This document shows, piece after piece, positions 62,792 through 64,000 of a DNA stretch of 64,000 bases (positions are counted from its first letter, which is position 1; each line of letters begins with the position of its first letter). The notes beneath the pieces are model-generated. The model was not told the origin of the DNA, did no database searches, and saw only the letters and a program-made list of their open reading frames with translations. A program made the translations under genes and the position numbers. This stretch comes from Camelus ferus (lineage: Eukaryota): NCBI RefSeq assembly GCF_009834535.1, contig NC_045697.1, positions 88,972,001 to 89,036,000 on the forward strand, given 5' to 3'.

Positions 62792-63022
62792 GAACTGATC
62801 CTTAAACAATGCCAGGGTTAGAGAGGTGCTGACCCTCTGTGCATTAGAAAACATAAGTAACTTATAGTTGGCCCTCCATACATATTGTTCTTTTGTAACA
62901 ATGGTTTCACATCTTTGGATTCAACCAATGGTGGATACAGTACTGCAGTGTTTATTATAAAAAATCTGTGTATAAGTGGAGCCCTACAATTCAAAGCTGT
63001 TTTGTTAAAAAAAGATCAACTG
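62792..63022. mobile_element. Tigger2/MER8-family MITE (Tc1/mariner)
   Basis: Degenerate TIRs 'gaactgatccttaaacaa' / 'ttgttaaaaaaagatcaactg' flanked by TA; internal 'ggattcaaccaa' and 'aaaatctgtgtataagtgga'. Confidence 0.8.
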
Positions 63023-63480
63023 TATACAACTAAATTATGATGAAAACCTTTTAGTGTTTAAGACTAATTTTAAGATGATAACAGTAATTTTTTCCAGTTG
63101 AAGTTATATTCATATACATCACGCCTCTTAATAAAATTACGTTGGACTCATTCACTAATTGTTTAAAGGTATGGAAGTGAATATTCATAAAAGAACAGAA
63201 AACAGGCAAATTTTTACAAAATGGAAAAAAATCTTATTGAAGACAAATTCAATTTCTAAAAATTACATATTTAAAACTTGCTTGCACCATTCTCAAAAAG
63301 ATTTGCACTGTAAAGTCTGTTAATAAGATACTTCATAATAAAATGATTCCTTTTAAAGAATGTTAGTACTATTCCAAATCATGTAGTAAGAATGTCTCTC
63401 CTTAGTAACAGAAGATATAGAGTCTTGTTTATATAGGCAGTTGGCTTTTGGAAACCACAGTTAATCTTTCCTACTGTTTT

Positions 63481-63656
63481 GAAAAATTTATCTTTTCAAT
63501 TCTTATTTTTTACTTTCTTAAAAAAATTTTTTTTTGGCCAGGGGGAAGTAATTAGATTTATTTATTTATTCTTTAATGGAGGGATTGAGGATTGAACCCA
63601 AGACCTTGCTGCATACTAAGCATGCGCTCTACCACTGAGCTATACCTCCTCCCTAA
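63481..63656 (-). mobile_element. tRNA-derived SINE of camelid (Vic-1-like) type
   Basis: Reverse complement 'gggaggaggtatagctcagtggtagagcgcatgcttag...gggttcaatcc' has Pol III A and B boxes, then an A-rich tail; TSD tactgtttt at 63472-63480 and 63657-63665. Confidence 0.9.
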
Positions 63657-64000
63657 TACTGTTTTAATAGAATAATGCAGTAGTCAATTTAGAATAAACT
63701 TTTTTTCTTCTTTTTAAATATAAAGCAATAATTTATTTGTTATGAAAGTGTAATGAATATGAACAGACAAGGCAAATAAAGAACTGAGATGATACAAGTG
63801 ATATGAAGTTAAGACCATGGATGTAGCCAAACATATTTGATGAGTGTAAAAATGATAAAAGATATTTGACTGTTACCGGAGAGTAATGGTCACATGCATA
63901 TTTGGATTACAGGACTTAAATATATGGAAGTTGGACAGGGAAAGAGAAGCTGATCAGTAATAAACTATAAAGCTAGGATCATTGAAAATGCCCCTCCCCC

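Noticed and set aside
63580..63653. tRNA-Ala-like gene
   Set aside because: Has a SINE body, A tail and TSD, and no intact acceptor stem

Overview
Mammalian genomic DNA, very probably camelid (camel/llama/alpaca): a tRNA-derived SINE of the camelid Vic-1 type with a 9-bp TSD lies at 63.5 kb and a well-preserved L1 3' end at 14.6-15.2 kb. The window is AT-rich, CpG-depleted intergenic or long-intron sequence dominated by old retro- and DNA-transposon remnants (L1, L2, L3/CR1, MIR, MaLR, an ERV1-like solo LTR, MER5, MER63, a Tigger2-type MITE). Repeat family names were assigned by eye from remembered consensus sequences, not by a search. No intact, recognisable protein-coding gene, RNA gene or CRISPR array was found; the ORF-track entries are L1 fragments or chance ORFs. 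The most interesting observations are (i) a CpG-island-like peak at 43.8-44.5 kb that still aligns to AT-rich MIR/L2 repeats with mostly A/T-to-G/C differences, suggesting GC-biased gene conversion, plus several smaller peaks; (ii) a chain of + strand exon-like segments from 47.6 to 62.2 kb that may be a decayed gene, lncRNA or spliced micropeptide gene; (iii) - strand micro-exon and recursive-splice-like signals. None is established from sequence alone, and I cannot support a claim of a new biological system.
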